Assembly (NCBI GenBank): GCA_002189035.1
Contig: NEEC01000019.1
Location: forward strand, 1,302,001-1,366,000
Direction: 5' to 3'
Length of the DNA: 64,000 nucleotides
Source: Utricularia gibba
Lineage: Eukaryota; Plantae; Magnoliophyta
In this document: positions 1 through 12,198 of the stretch, one piece after another
Numbering within the stretch: the first letter of the stretch is position 1
How the letters are laid out: every line of letters begins with the position of its first letter
Made by a program: the position numbers and the translations under genes
Notes under the pieces: model-generated
Told to the model about the DNA's origin: nothing
The model's database searches: none
Seen by the model: the letters and a program-made list of their open reading frames with translations, nothing else

Positions 1-223
1 TCGGGAATAATTGAAGATTAGATTAAACAAGGGATGGAGATAAGAGGACAGTGAACAAGATGAGAATTATTGGGTGCGAGAATTAATCACTTGTAGCTGT
101 AAAAGATCGCAATAATCGAAGGAGAATTGCATTATTCTACCAACCGATCATTTAAACAGCTACATGAAGCGCGACCCACAAACCCAGAAGACGCACTCAA
201 TGCTTCTGGTTTTCTCCTTTTAC

Positions 224-311
224 CTGCAAATAATCCGATGGTTACCAGCAAGAGCAACGCCGCCGTGGATATCGCTCCTCGCCGCCGTGAGCAAAATGAG
301 CGGGAACCCAT
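224..311 (-). CDS. First coding exon of a gene running off the left edge; N-terminal signal/anchor peptide, product unknown
   Basis: ATG at 311 reads MGSRSFCSRRRGAISTAALLLLVTIGLFA (basic residues then a hydrophobic stretch), followed by a CAG|GTAAAA donor. A spliced leader is likely (donor AAG|GTACGT at 935, acceptor TTGCAG at 388). Confidence 0.45.
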
Positions 312-1979
312 GGTTGATTCAGTAAAAAAACAAGGCCAAGGTTACTGAAACTGAACTGGGGCTAACACATCGCCGCCATATATGGAACTGCAAGGATGGG
401 AAAACTGATTTTTAAGCTTGACCCAGAAGATAGGATTTGCCATTGACTAAGCCATTTGACATGACAGAAATGAAGCTACAGTGAAAAGGAGAAACATAAA
501 GGAAAACCGGATCTCGCTTTGACTTGAAGAGGGTTTTACATACAAAAAGCAATTGACGGAGGAGGAGAAGAGCAGAGGAAGAAGCACGAGGAAGGGAACG
601 ACCCCCGACACTGCTTTTAACACAACACCGAGAACAGAGCCCAGAGCCGAAATTTCACCACATTAATGCAGAGGAGACCCCAAAACCGGGAAAAAAAATC
701 TGGTTCGGGAAAAATGCTAAAAACATCTAAATCTATTTCCATGAATGAGATACAAGATAAGAGGGAACGCAGAGGCGCATTGAAAACTGAATGAATGTGT
801 GAAAGCCCAGAGAATTAGACAAAATAGATGCGCGGCGCCGCAGAACTGGGCATGTGCACATTACAATACAAATCAGTTTTAGGAGGCATCTCTGAATCTG
901 AATCTTATATCCTTTTGCCCATTTTTTCTACGTACCTTCAAAATGGGATGATCATCTCCGAGAAGCGTGCATGGCTTCCCTCCGCTTGGCTCCACTTGAA
1001 TGAAGAGAGAGACAAAAACGGCAGATTCCTTTTGGAGATGGGCGAACGAGGAAGACGAGTGATGGGAAGAAGAATAAAGGCAGCGGCGAACTAACTGCAC
1101 GTGGTGGCGATGCTGACCAATCTGGAACTCGTGCCAATTTTTCATACTTCAACCCCAACAAAACCTTTTTATTTACAATTAGAGGGGTCAAACTGCAATT
1201 ATCCAAAATATGTAACCCTATATAATATAGTTTTTATTTCACGAATTTAAATATACTTAAAATTAAGAAAGTTTGTTTCATTTCATGAAAAATGGATTTA
1301 TTCAAATCTTCATCGATTCCTTTATTTAACTCCTCATTTTTACTTATTAATTATATTTTACATAAAAAGTTAATTTATATATTAACTTGTGTTTTATCTT
1401 ATGTTGAAATTTTCTACAATTTCATATAATGAGACTGTTCTGTAATTTAAATTTGTGATTCAAATTATTTAAAATACATTCAGTTTTGAAATTATGTGAA
1501 TATAATCAATTTTGATATTGTAAAGATGTTTTGTGGTAATATATATGATAAATTATTACAAAATTTAATGTTATTATATATATTTTAGAGAAGATAAAAA
1601 AATATAATATAATTTTCCTAATTAATATCTTTATTTAGTTATTAAAATAAAGATTAAATAAATTCAATAATTTTTAAAATTAATAATAAAATCTGAGTTT
1701 TTGATTTTATTACTCAAACATTAAATATTAGAATCTTTAAAAATTAAATATAGTGAATTGAGTATATTATGTAAACAAAACATGCTCAATATAGGACGTT
1801 GAGTATAGATAATTAGGGTTGTTAAAAAACACATTAGACTGTTTTAATATATATATATATATATTAAATATTAATAAATTCAAAGGGAGATCAAAATTAT
1901 TTTGTTTTCAATAACACGGAAAACAGGTAACAAAACTCAATTTTGGAGCAGCTGCTCCGAAACGGACATTTGATTTCCG

Positions 1980-2258
1980 TCAATTGAGAGCGGCGGGAGG
2001 CAACCGGCAGGTGAAGCTGCTCAGCCGCGCGTGCTCGTCGTCGTTTTCCACATCGAAGCCTTCCTGGAAGTTGAGGGCGTAAGTCAAGGGAGTGTACCTA
2101 AAATCGTGATTCTTCTGTTTCCCTCCTCTGTGCTTGCCGCCGCCGAGTACGATCCCCAGGCAGGTGTCTCCAGACTCCGAGACGGAGGAGTCGAGGAGGC
2201 GGGGGAGAGCGCAGAGGCGGCGCTTGAGAGACGTGCTGTGGCTCTCCTTCTGGCCCAT
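1980..2258 (-). CDS. Small single-exon plant protein of the F-R/Q-Y-x-P-L-x-Y-A-L-N-F family (uncharacterised)
   Basis: ORF contains DFRYTPLTYALNFQEG and the C-terminal SFTCRLP motif typical of this family; GC-rich. Start at MGQKES (2258) or the upstream ATG (2318). Confidence 0.8.
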   Translation of the reverse strand: MGQKESHSTSLKRRLCALPRLLDSSVSESGDTCLGIVLGGGKHRGGKQKNHDFRYTPLTYALNFQEGFDVENDDEHARLSSFTCRLPPAALN

Positions 2259-2722
2259 TGGTCTCCGTCTTTCACTGTGAGGAAGCGAAGCGGGCGGGGA
2301 TTCATTGCTTTTATACATATGGATGGATTATTCATGCGCGGCGCGTGACAGGAGGAGGCAGGTCCGAGTGGATTCCGTGTGGCGCTTCCCTACCGCGTGT
2401 GATTCCCATACAAAGGCAAATCGAATGGGGCAAGTAGGTAGGGCCATCGCCCCCCGCCCCTCTCCCATTTTTTAGGTTTTTATTTTATTTTATCCCGTTA
2501 ATAAATATGATGTCAACATAAAAATGTTTATTTAAACAATATTTTTTTATTTTTTATTTTTAATAAGAATATTAAAAATAATAATATATATATATATATT
2601 TTTTATAAATCTGCAGCATAAGCGGTTGCAGTTATTGATTTTAGTTCTCCCTCCACACCCTTCTTTATATTCCATTTCACTTGCTGGGGTAAAAGATCCG
2701 TACGCCGTGTTATATTATATCC

Positions 2723-3003
2723 CACGTGCCGTGGCGCCCGAAAGAGGCGTGAGTGGGGGAGGGCGCACGTGCGGGCATCGAGCCAAATTTGGATTGGATT
2801 TGAAATAATTTATACTTTTTTAAAAAATAATATAAAGCATATTTTATTTTTAAAAGCTATAAATCCTTATTTTGTATTAAAATAAAAATAGATGAGGAAG
2901 CATAAAGGTGCCGCCGCCTCCCTGACCCTTCCTCCCCCTCTGGGTTATACAGGGAGACGCCTAGACGGGGTTGCGTGCCGACTCCAGGCCGCCCTTAGCC
3001 GAC
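2723..3003. promoter_or_regulatory. Two G-boxes (CACGTG) and two DRE/CRT cores (GCCGAC) between divergent genes
   Basis: CACGTG at 2723 and 2766; GCCGAC at 2977 and 2998, in GC-rich islands within an AT-rich spacer. Confidence 0.35.
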
Positions 3004-3512
3004 AAGGGATGGCCCACAAAAACTATACACTTGATATATAGTTAAGGACGCAGTTAAAATGTAATAAATGATTTTTTTGTTTTTTCTAAACAAAAAAAAA
3101 ACTTAGAAAGATCAAGCAAAAAAGTATCCTTTTGAAAATGGGTGATTATGACTTTATTTTTCACATATTACAATCAATTTTTTATATACAACATATCATT
3201 TTTCTAATACACTTAAAAAATAATATATATTTCTCAAAAGGCTTGGCTTCTACGAGAGAGACAAAGATAATCTTTTCAATTTTTTTTTTTTAAGTTTACC
3301 AAATTTTGTCATCCTCTAAAAAATTAGATTTTTGGGTTCAATCCCGCATTTTTTCGAATTTCGATATAAGCTAGTATTAATACCCAAAAATAAAATAAAA
3401 ATTGAAAGAAAGTTACCCTTGAACTACCGAGCTTGGCTTCAAACTAAAGCAAACCTTGATGGAACCAAACAAGAGGTAAGAAGATGGCTTCCCTTGTTGT
3501 GTTGGGCAAGCC

Positions 3513-4274
3513 ATGATGATGATGATGCCTTGGAAGAAGCAGGTGATTCTGCTTCTCCTCATTGTTGGGAGCATCTCCATGTTCAGGAGACTGGTGGAGA
3601 GCTACATGGTCAGAGTCACCAAATCTGTGCCTCTGCTTCACATTTCCCTACCCCTGCCCGCTTCCCATGGCAGTAACCTCCCATCCGCCATGAGTTCCAG
3701 AGAAATGCAGTTCCTACAAGAATTCTTCACCCCCAGAGTCCCCTGCAACCTGCTCATATTCGGGTCTGCTGATCAATATTCCACCATTGCATCATTGAAC
3801 TCCAGAGGCACCACCATTTTTCTTGAGGATGATTCCGCTGTATCGAATCTGCGAAACCGGTATCGAATCATGTACACGACCCGAGCAGCAGAGGCTTACC
3901 AGCTGCTCGGAGATGCAAGGGAGAGCCAGGATTGTTTCCAGATGCATAAGAATGTGTCTGGATGTAAGCTAGCACTGAGCAACCTTCCACCTGATGTGTA
4001 TGATACCCCTTGGGATGTGATAGTAGTCGATGGACCGAGAGGCGATTCTGCTGATTCGCCGGGGAGAATGGCATCCATCTACATGGCTGGCTTCCTGGCA
4101 AGAAGAGGGAAAGGGAGCCATGCCATAGTACATGACGTTGATAGGATGATCGAGAGGTGGTTCTCATGGGAGTTCTTGTGTGAGAGTAACTTGATATCCT
4201 CCAAGGGGAGATTCTGGCACTTCTACATACCAGCAGCAGCTAACGGAACGAAGAAGGGCTTTTGCATGTATTGA
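3513..4274 (+). CDS. DUF579 protein (glucuronoxylan/arabinogalactan O-methyltransferase, IRX15-like family), single exon
   Basis: N-terminal TM anchor; motifs PCNLLIFG, TIFLEDD, WDVIVVDGP, PGRMASIY, VHDVDRMIE and FLCESNL. Confidence 0.92.
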   Translation: MMMMMPWKKQVILLLLIVGSISMFRRLVESYMVRVTKSVPLLHISLPLPASHGSNLPSAMSSREMQFLQEFFTPRVPCNLLIFGSADQYSTIASLNSRGTTIFLEDDSAVSNLRNRYRIMYTTRAAEAYQLLGDARESQDCFQMHKNVSGCKLALSNLPPDVYDTPWDVIVVDGPRGDSADSPGRMASIYMAGFLARRGKGSHAIVHDVDRMIERWFSWEFLCESNLISSKGRFWHFYIPAAANGTKKGFCMY

Positions 4275-4534
4275 CATACGGCAATCAATTCAATCTCAAG
4301 GTAGATTTCACAGCTTAGAGTCAGACAGACACCTTTAATCATATATGAAAAACATACCTCATGAAAATGTGAATCCTTTTGAACAATCAAGCTGTAATGG
4401 ATGGGAACAAATTGTGTCTCCACTTCATGCAGTGGATAGGTTGATAGCAATGGTGTATTTTTCGTCATCATAACTTGAGTATCCAAACAGGAGAGGAGGA
4501 GGTGGGCGTTCAAGTTCCTTCGATGAAGAGAAGA

Positions 4535-7500
4535 TCAGTTGCCGGCTCGCCTCAGGAATGCTAGAACTCCCAAGCCAGCAACTAGTGCAGCTCCAGCCGC
4601 AACTGTATTATATGCTGAGGTCCATGCATCGTCTTGAGCATATGCCACTGAAACTTGTCCCTTCTTCTGAGCTGATGTTCTTGAGTAATCAAGATGCAAT
4701 CTCAATCCCTGGCACATGTTCCATTTTTGAATTATACAAGGTGGAAGCTTATTTTTTGAAACCTTACAAGATGCGAAGTTTTTATGAAAAGAAAGCCACA
4801 GATTTCTTCCATACAAAAACTATCGGATTATTTTCAACAATCTCATCAGACAAGGACTGCCCATACGAAAGGTAGCATCTTTAAAATACACTTGAATGAT
4901 TTGGAAGAGTCAGTTACCTTCCATCCAGCCTGTCTGGCATGGTCTACTGCTGCGTGAAGATCGCTGTCAGATGCGAGAACAACTTTGTCCTGATCTTCGT
5001 CTTCATACTGGAGAAATTAAAGCATGAGAAGTTGAAAAGGAAGAGCAGAAATCATATAGGTAAGATTAAAGCCGTCAACCAGAATCTGGGGCAGGTTATG
5101 ACGATCAATTTCATCTCCAACCCTCTGAATGATCGCTGTTATGAGATTGGTCAAACTCTGTGTATCTGATATGAAAGTTAAAGCATGTTATAAACGGTAA
5201 GAAAAAAACACGCAAGCACAACGGACAAACACAAGATGAAGTTGACCTAGTTCATTTTGTCAAATTCTAGGATGCTTTTGAGATTTCACATCGGAATGGT
5301 AAGGAAAGAAACACCCTTGAGGCCAAATTTATTTTCTCTATCAAAACTCATTAATGTTCTTCTTCCTTCAAATTTCACAGCAGAACCAACATACTTTAAG
5401 CACAAACCATGCAAAATGCCATATCCATATATATCCTACAAAAGTTTGTTTCCTAATAGAATAACTTAGAAAAAAATAGGAATAATAGACCAGGAAACGA
5501 GAAAATCAGTAGCTTGAGCAACAAAGAATGAATCATTGAAGTGACAGATAGGTAACTAACCACACAAGAATCTATGCATTCTTCCTTTCTTATCTTCAAT
5601 CTTGAAGGAAAAGGCAGTAGGTGCAATGGAAGAGGGATAAGCCATCGACAGACTACGGTCTCCTTCGGAATGCATCTTTGATGAGTTCTCACTGAACCGT
5701 CATTAGGAATCTCACAAACACTGTACCAAATAAAGAAAACTAAAACAATTAGAGTGAAATAAAAAAAAACCTCTTGGTCTCTTCGTCATCATCTGGAGCC
5801 AAATCCATAGCAGAATCCCAGAATTTCTGCATCATAGTATTTGAAGACTCATTACCAACTTCTGTTGAATTACCGACCTGCAAGATAAAGTTCAGTACGT
5901 AAAGGATCTGCACAGGCAACGGATGATGTAAAAACATGCATCAAACAAAGGTACTATCAATTTTATATTGAAAGTATTTTCTGAACAAGCTTACTGTTGC
6001 TACAGCCGCATGAGCTATATGAAGAACGTCAACAACGGCCATGACCATTCCATCTGAATCATTGCAAAAAGAGATCCGTTAAACGATCAAACTAGCGACT
6101 AACATATAGTTTCCAATAAGTTGGCTTTATATGTGTACCTTTATCAACAACAGGAAGGTGTAAAAATTTGCCATCGTGCATTGTATGAAGGGCATCAACA
6201 ATTGAAGTCTGGGCTGTTGCACATTCTGGATTAGGGGTCATTACCTAGCAAATCATTTGGAAAGATGGAAACATGTGGAGTTACTTTCCAAAACGCTACA
6301 TGATGCCAAACAAAAAAGTAATGATCAAAAGTACCCTTTCGACCAGAGTAGATTCTGGAGGAAGACCTTGGGCTATAACTCTCATCAGCATGTCTTTTGA
6401 ACTAAGAAATAAAGAACAAGTGATATTCAGTACAACGTTCTCTTGGAATCCTAAATCAAATAAACAGATTCAGAATAGACAGCTTACGTAAGTATGCCTC
6501 GCGGTTTGTTTTCTACCGTTACAATAGCACAGCTCGCTTTAAATTCAAGCATTTTCTTAGCAGCAACAAGCACAGTGTCACCTGGATCAACCGTAATAAC
6601 CCTAACAAGCATATGGTTAGTTAGACGATACATGATAATCGTATGGGCATGACATGATACATGCATAACATAAAGTAAAGATATTACCTACTTTGAATTC
6701 TCATTGATTATGGTTGACAATGAGGGTCTAAAGATTTGCTCTCGAAGTGTCTCAATAAAAGTGTTCGCACCTCCAAAACAACAACATGAAAACCTAGTTA
6801 CTTAGCAAAAACAAAAACAAAAAAAAACTACATTTGGCAGGAAATACTCCACTAACCAGAAGCTGCTGTTCCCCAATGTTTCTCCACACCTTCAACTGCA
6901 GCAGCAATTGCCTTTCCCTTTTCTGCTGCTCTCTCCATACGAGAAATAGCATCATAAAGACATTTTGTGATGTCAAGCAAAGCAATCACTTCCCCCGTTC
7001 GACAACAGGTAAATGTCTAAACTTCCCTGTGCAAATGTATCAAGTATACAAGGCAATATGAGTAACGCATGCACGTTGAGCAGGTAGATCAGGTTTTAAA
7101 CAGCATACACCTTGAACCATCTTCTGCAATGCTTCAACAGCAAGAGTATCTGATAATACAAACGTCGGGTTTCTTGTCATGACCTCAGAAACAGGAGTTT
7201 TCTCACGATCAATCTCCCGTGCAATAACCTTGATAGCTATGTCCTTTTACCAGATGAAAGAACATTAAGTGTATCGTCAGCAATATGAACGAAAAAGGTC
7301 ACAATTACGAAAATCATTTCATTTTCAACAACTCTTCCATCCATGAATCCAATTTCACCAATAACTATTCATCATGACTCCACACAACAATACATCATAA
7401 ATGGTCAAATTCAACCAATACCTTATCTGTCAAAATTCCACACAGCAATGCTTTTGAGTCAGTCAGTAGCAATGCATCGACCCTTTTGGCAGCCATCCGG

Positions 7501-8168
7501 TGACAGGCTTCATTGATGCTTGTAGATTCAGGCACTGTCAATGCTCTAGACAACCGCAATCGCTTAACTGTTCTTTCTGCTGTAAGTGTTCTGTTTCAAA
7601 TAAAAGAATCTGACTTGACATGGCTGAATAGCAACTTTCCCGGTGACTGTAAACTTAACTTCGCTTGCACTGGCCTACTCTGGATTTCACAGAAAATCAA
7701 CTTTCCCCATCTATGTTTATTTTACGCTTCATAGTACTACCACTGTGGGTTCTTCCTACTCCTATCTTACTCGCAGAGCTAAATGTAGTCCGATTATGTG
7801 GCACTATTAAAACAAAATAAGTGAAAAATAACCAAAAAATAAGAATATCCCTGGAAAAATCTACGTTGCAGCAACATAAATGCGCATTTCCTAGCATTTT
7901 TATATGTCCAACTATCTTGATGGAAAATACATCCACGTGAAGCTTCAGGTGAAAAGAAAATTCCAAAAAAAGAAGCCATACTATGAACGGACGATTAAAA
8001 CACAAGCCAAAACAAGGCGTACATGGAACGCGCAGCAGAAAACGATTTCCTATTGCCACCTTCACCGTTGACATTCTCAGAGGACTGTACTCTCCTCCTC
8101 CCCTGAGACGTTGAGCTTCCCAAATTCAAACTCCTCCTCGACGATGATTCGCGCAGATTAGTAGTCAT
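4535..8168 (-). CDS. CBS-CBS-PB1 domain protein (CBSCBSPB family), 14 exons; -1 frameshift in exon 4 as assembled
   Basis: Exons read ERTVKRLRLSRALTVP, GILTDKDIA, GKFRHLPVV, VMTPNPEC, PB1 YEDEDQDKVVLASDSDL and C-terminal TM SAYNTVAAGAALVAGLGVLAFLRR. GT-AG introns throughout. Confidence 0.93.
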
Positions 8169-8903
8169 CTGTAGCACAAAAAAGAATCCTTCATCTAATC
8201 ACCAAACCCAGCAAAAATCCACATCGCAAGTTTCATTTCAACAAGAATCGAAAAAAAAACTACGTACTTTTCCGATTCCGGTCAATCCAACGACAAATCA
8301 ATTCAACTCAATTGCTTGTCGTGAATTTGCGAGGGAGGAAGATTGAAAAACGGAAGAACGAACATCTCGTAGGTAACGTGCATAATATATTTAATTTGGT
8401 ACTAAAAAAATTCCTTTTTCGTTGGAATATGTGCTCGAGAACATACCAATGAGAAGCCTCCAAGTGGTTTAATCTGAGACGTAGACAGAGGATCTTAAAT
8501 TAAATCTTGCCGTTAGTCAACAGACACTCGGCCCCTACGCGCGTCAATTCATGTTTACAAATTTTAAAATTTAAATCGTATTTTAAATCGAATTTTTTTA
8601 TAATGATTTGAATCAAATTTCATTACTGTAAAAGTATTACAAAAAATTATCTAAATTTAATATTTCTAAAATTGTAAAACAATGCATTTAATTTTAAGCT
8701 TTGATGAATCTTCAAACTTTGAGAAGAGACGCAGGAAGGGAAAATTCATATTTCAAATTGAATCTAAATAATAAAATTTAATAAGTTTCAGAAATTTTAA
8801 AAAATTATTTTGAAGTAAAAAATTTATAATATGAATAAACGTTGATATAATATATTTTAAAAATCTAACATTTATTTGGAAGTTGTTTTTGTTTTGCCTG
8901 GTG

Positions 8904-9004
8904 TGGGCCCACGGGAATAGGCTCATTTGGGCCTCAATTTGATCTGGATGTCTGATATAGGCCTGAGTACCTATCTCGGCCCATGATTCTGATAGAGGCC
9001 CAAT
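8904..9004. promoter_or_regulatory. Site II (TGGGCY/GGCCCA, TCP-binding) cluster upstream of NOP53
   Basis: Several TGGGCC/GGCCCA copies within about 100 bp, 90-190 bp before the ATG of a ribosome-biogenesis gene. Confidence 0.55.
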
Positions 9005-9090
9005 AAGATGTAAAAGCGAACTCTAGAAGATAGATATGCCGTCTAGGTTCAGAGAGAAGCGGCTCTCATTCTCGGAACGACCAGGGAACG

Positions 9091-10019
9091 ATGGGGAAGA
9101 AATCTAAAGGCTCGTGTAAAGGCAAGAAGGCATGGAGAAAGAATATAAATACGGAGGACATTGAGGATTTTTTGGAAATCTCCATGGAGGATGTCCTTTC
9201 CGGCGGTTCTCAGAAAGAGCCATCTTTTTTCATTGACAAGTCTATAGGTAAATGGGTGTCTGTTGCTATGATTGCTGCCCTGTGGCGGATAAGTGTTTCA
9301 TGTGCTCTTTGATCTTGAAAACTTAAACTTAAACTGCGACTGGGTTGTGACATTTCTAGATATTTCTGCTAAGAAAAAGATTGATAAAAGCAGAGGACGA
9401 GTGTTGTGGTATGATAAGTTACTTCAGAAGAACCCCATGATTAAGGTAATTCCTTCGTCAACAAGGAAAATAAAAGCCAAGAAAATCACTACCGTTATCC
9501 AAGCAGGTGGAGATGAAGCTGCCCTGCAAGGGAGATTGAAGGTAATAGACCTTTTGGTTTTGTACGTGTTGATAATTGTGTGTAACGCAGATTATATGAC
9601 GTATTTGCTTGCTACTTCAGGATGAAAATGCACACGACTCCAGTATGACTGATTTATGGGAGGATGGTTTGTCTTTGAATATGTGGTTTTTCTTCCTCAT
9701 AATGATTGTTGCTTTTCTAACTTAATTTATTTTGTAGTTGATGGCAAAAATGATTCAAGAATTAAGAAGGTATACTTGTCAATTTGTTATTCGATAGTTG
9801 AAATATGGTCTCATTATGTTTCCTGTTACAGAATCATACAAAGGTTACTATTTTGTAAAATCTATTTATCATGGATGTATTGAGGATTTTCTTTCACGTC
9901 AAAAGTCAATTAATCTATCATTTATCATTGGCAGAAGTTACTGCCGTCTGTTATACCTGCCGTTGAGGTTGAACCTTCTGGATGCTCATTCAATCCTGAT
10001 GCTTTGAACCATCAGGTAG

Positions 10020-10062
<43 letters not shown>

Positions 10063-11400
10063 CGCTCGCTCGCTCGCTCTTTCTGTTATTCACATTTGAC
10101 TATTTATGCAGGATGCATTAGCTCGGGCGGTTGCGGATGAAATGCAAAAGATTTACCAACAGGAGCTCGGCCCTAAACCTGTTCCATCGATTGCTGCTGG
10201 GGAAGTCATTGATGACGAATTGGTTAGTATCATATCTTCTTCTTATCCCCATGGAGGATGAAATGATTTTTTGTTATATTGTTCTCTCACGTTTTTTTTC
10301 CTGTCATGCTCTGGAAGAAATATTTCCTTGAAGCGGATGATGAGTGTGATGATAATGGGGGGAATGAAATGCAGACTTCCAATCATGATGCAGAAATAGA
10401 GAAGAGGTCCAACTCCTTGGCATGAATTTTTACTTTAGCTATTCCCCGATTCACTTTATGATGCTATAATAACACAATGTAGTTGCACCGTTCCATTTGC
10501 TTTCCTGTTCAGTGATGTAGTTGTTAACTTTCAGTCTAATCATGTAGGGTGCCTAAGTGCAAAAGGGTAACTCGTGTTGAATTGAATCGGAGGGCAAAGA
10601 AGAAGGAACACTTGAAGATTGAAGCCAGAGCCAGAAGAGTTGACGAACTATCAAAATCCATAGATGAGTATGTTTCACATCGTTCTTGTGTCTTTGCATT
10701 CACATGCCTGTGTTCATATTCACATATGGTGGTTCATGTTTTTTTCAAATCAGTTTACCAGCCATACTACAATCAATAGAGAAAGAGGAAGAGGAAAAGC
10801 ATAATCGCCATATGCGGAGGATTGTTGCCAAATCAGAAAAACTGAAAGCTCATCCACCACGTTTGGGAAAGTACAAGTATGAATATGTTGCATTTTGAGA
10901 TTGATATGTATACTCTCCGTTTCTTTTGTGTATTCATTTCGGTTCTATCATTTAATAGTGCCAATGCTTGCTTGCTTATTCACTGGAAATGAATGAAGCT
11001 GTATGAAAAGCTTGTGATTTTTTTCATACGTGGCGCCAAGTTACCTTTTGAATGTGCTTGATTTACTGCAAGGCGTTCCTTAACAAGCAATTTCTGCACA
11101 TACTACGAACCTCAGCAAACCTTCCTGCCAAATTTGGATAAGTAACTGATGCTGTTGCTTTTGATGATCAGATACCAACCTGCGTCTCTTCAAGTGCTCC
11201 TGTCTGAAGAAAAAACTGGTTCACTCCGGAAGTTGAAGGTCATCATCCCTTCCTTTGCCTACTCTCAAAATTATAGTTTAGCAGCATTGATTAATTGGTG
11301 AATAACACTTCCTTGCTGCTATATATCTACCTATTCTTGATATTAGGCCAGTTGCACCCTTGTGAGGGATCGATTCAATAGCCTGGAAAAAAGGGATTAG
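9091..11400 (+). CDS. NOP53: Ribosome biogenesis protein NOP53 (GLTSCR2/SMO4-like); frameshift in the C-terminal exon as assembled
   Basis: MGKKSKGSCKGKKAWRKNI, IPAVEVEPSGCSFNP, KRVTRVELNRR, PPRLGKYK, GSLRKLK, RDRFNSLEKR. Eleven exons join in phase up to TAG at 11398-11400. Confidence 0.9.
10022..10080. repeat. Compound microsatellite (CT)n + (CGCT)n in a NOP53 intron
   Basis: Directly visible. Confidence 0.97.
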
Positions 11401-12198
11401 TTGTACCCTCAAGGAAGACTGGCAGGTCAGCTTCAATCATCCTCTACATCCCAAGGCAAAATTTGCATCAGTTAAAGCTCCTAACACATGTTGATGAGAC
11501 TTGCCCCCTCAATGACCTTTTCTTAACCATGCCATTGATGAAACTCATTCGGTGGTCTTGTAAAAACTGAAATGCTTTGGCGTAGCCTATGCTGCGACTG
11601 TGTCATCATTAAATTATTGGCATTGGCATTCCCATATGCAGGAAGGGGGCTTGCTTGAAACCTGAAGTGCTGGAATGATTCACCAGAGGGTCTCCAACGT
11701 TTGGCCGGCCATCTCATAACATGACCTGAGGCTGGTTTCGAAGTCTTCAATTATTCTGGGAGTGGTATCTCCGTTGTTCCAAACAACAGTATTTGTTGCA
11801 AGAAATGCCTGGAAGAGCAAATAGTAATGTGTGTCATATGGCAGGCCTGTTTTTTGGACTAAGTTAGCCTTGTGTTAAACCTGAAGAATTTCTAGCTCAT
11901 TTGTTTTTTTCAATGGCTGAAGTATTTCTAGCTCATGTAGTCCTTGGTGGGAATCAGATCTCTTATTTGAACAAGTGTTTAAAATAGTTGTTTCGCAAAT
12001 AAATTTAAAAGTTGCAGATAAAGTAAAATAAAACTGAAAATAGTCTTTTAAGTGAACACTTCATGATAATCTCAGGGCATTGGCACTTGATGAGAAATGT
12101 GTTATCACTGAGTCCAAATAGCCTATCCATATTAGTCCTACAAAGTATGGTATGCATGTCTTTGCCTTGTCCTGTGCATTGACAGGCGGGCTAGAAAA

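Noticed and set aside
907-916. ATATCCTTTT, a U12 (AT-AC) donor consensus; similar strings at 3124 (+) and about 60986 (-)
   Set aside because: On the wrong strand, intergenic, or internal to an already explained GT-AG intron; no matching U12 branch site.
828-1206. Overlapping ORFs of 84-88 aa on both strands
   Set aside because: No recognisable motifs; they coincide with the putative leader/promoter of the leftmost gene.
2031-2348. Plus-strand ORFs opposite the small minus-strand gene
   Set aside because: GC-rich antisense shadows; the family motif is on the minus strand.
3334-3345. GGGTTCAATCCC resembling a Pol III B-box/T-loop
   Set aside because: No A-box and no cloverleaf; not a tRNA or SINE.
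4558-4875. 105-aa plus-strand ORF
   Set aside because: Antisense to the last CBS-PB1 exon and intron; no coding signature.
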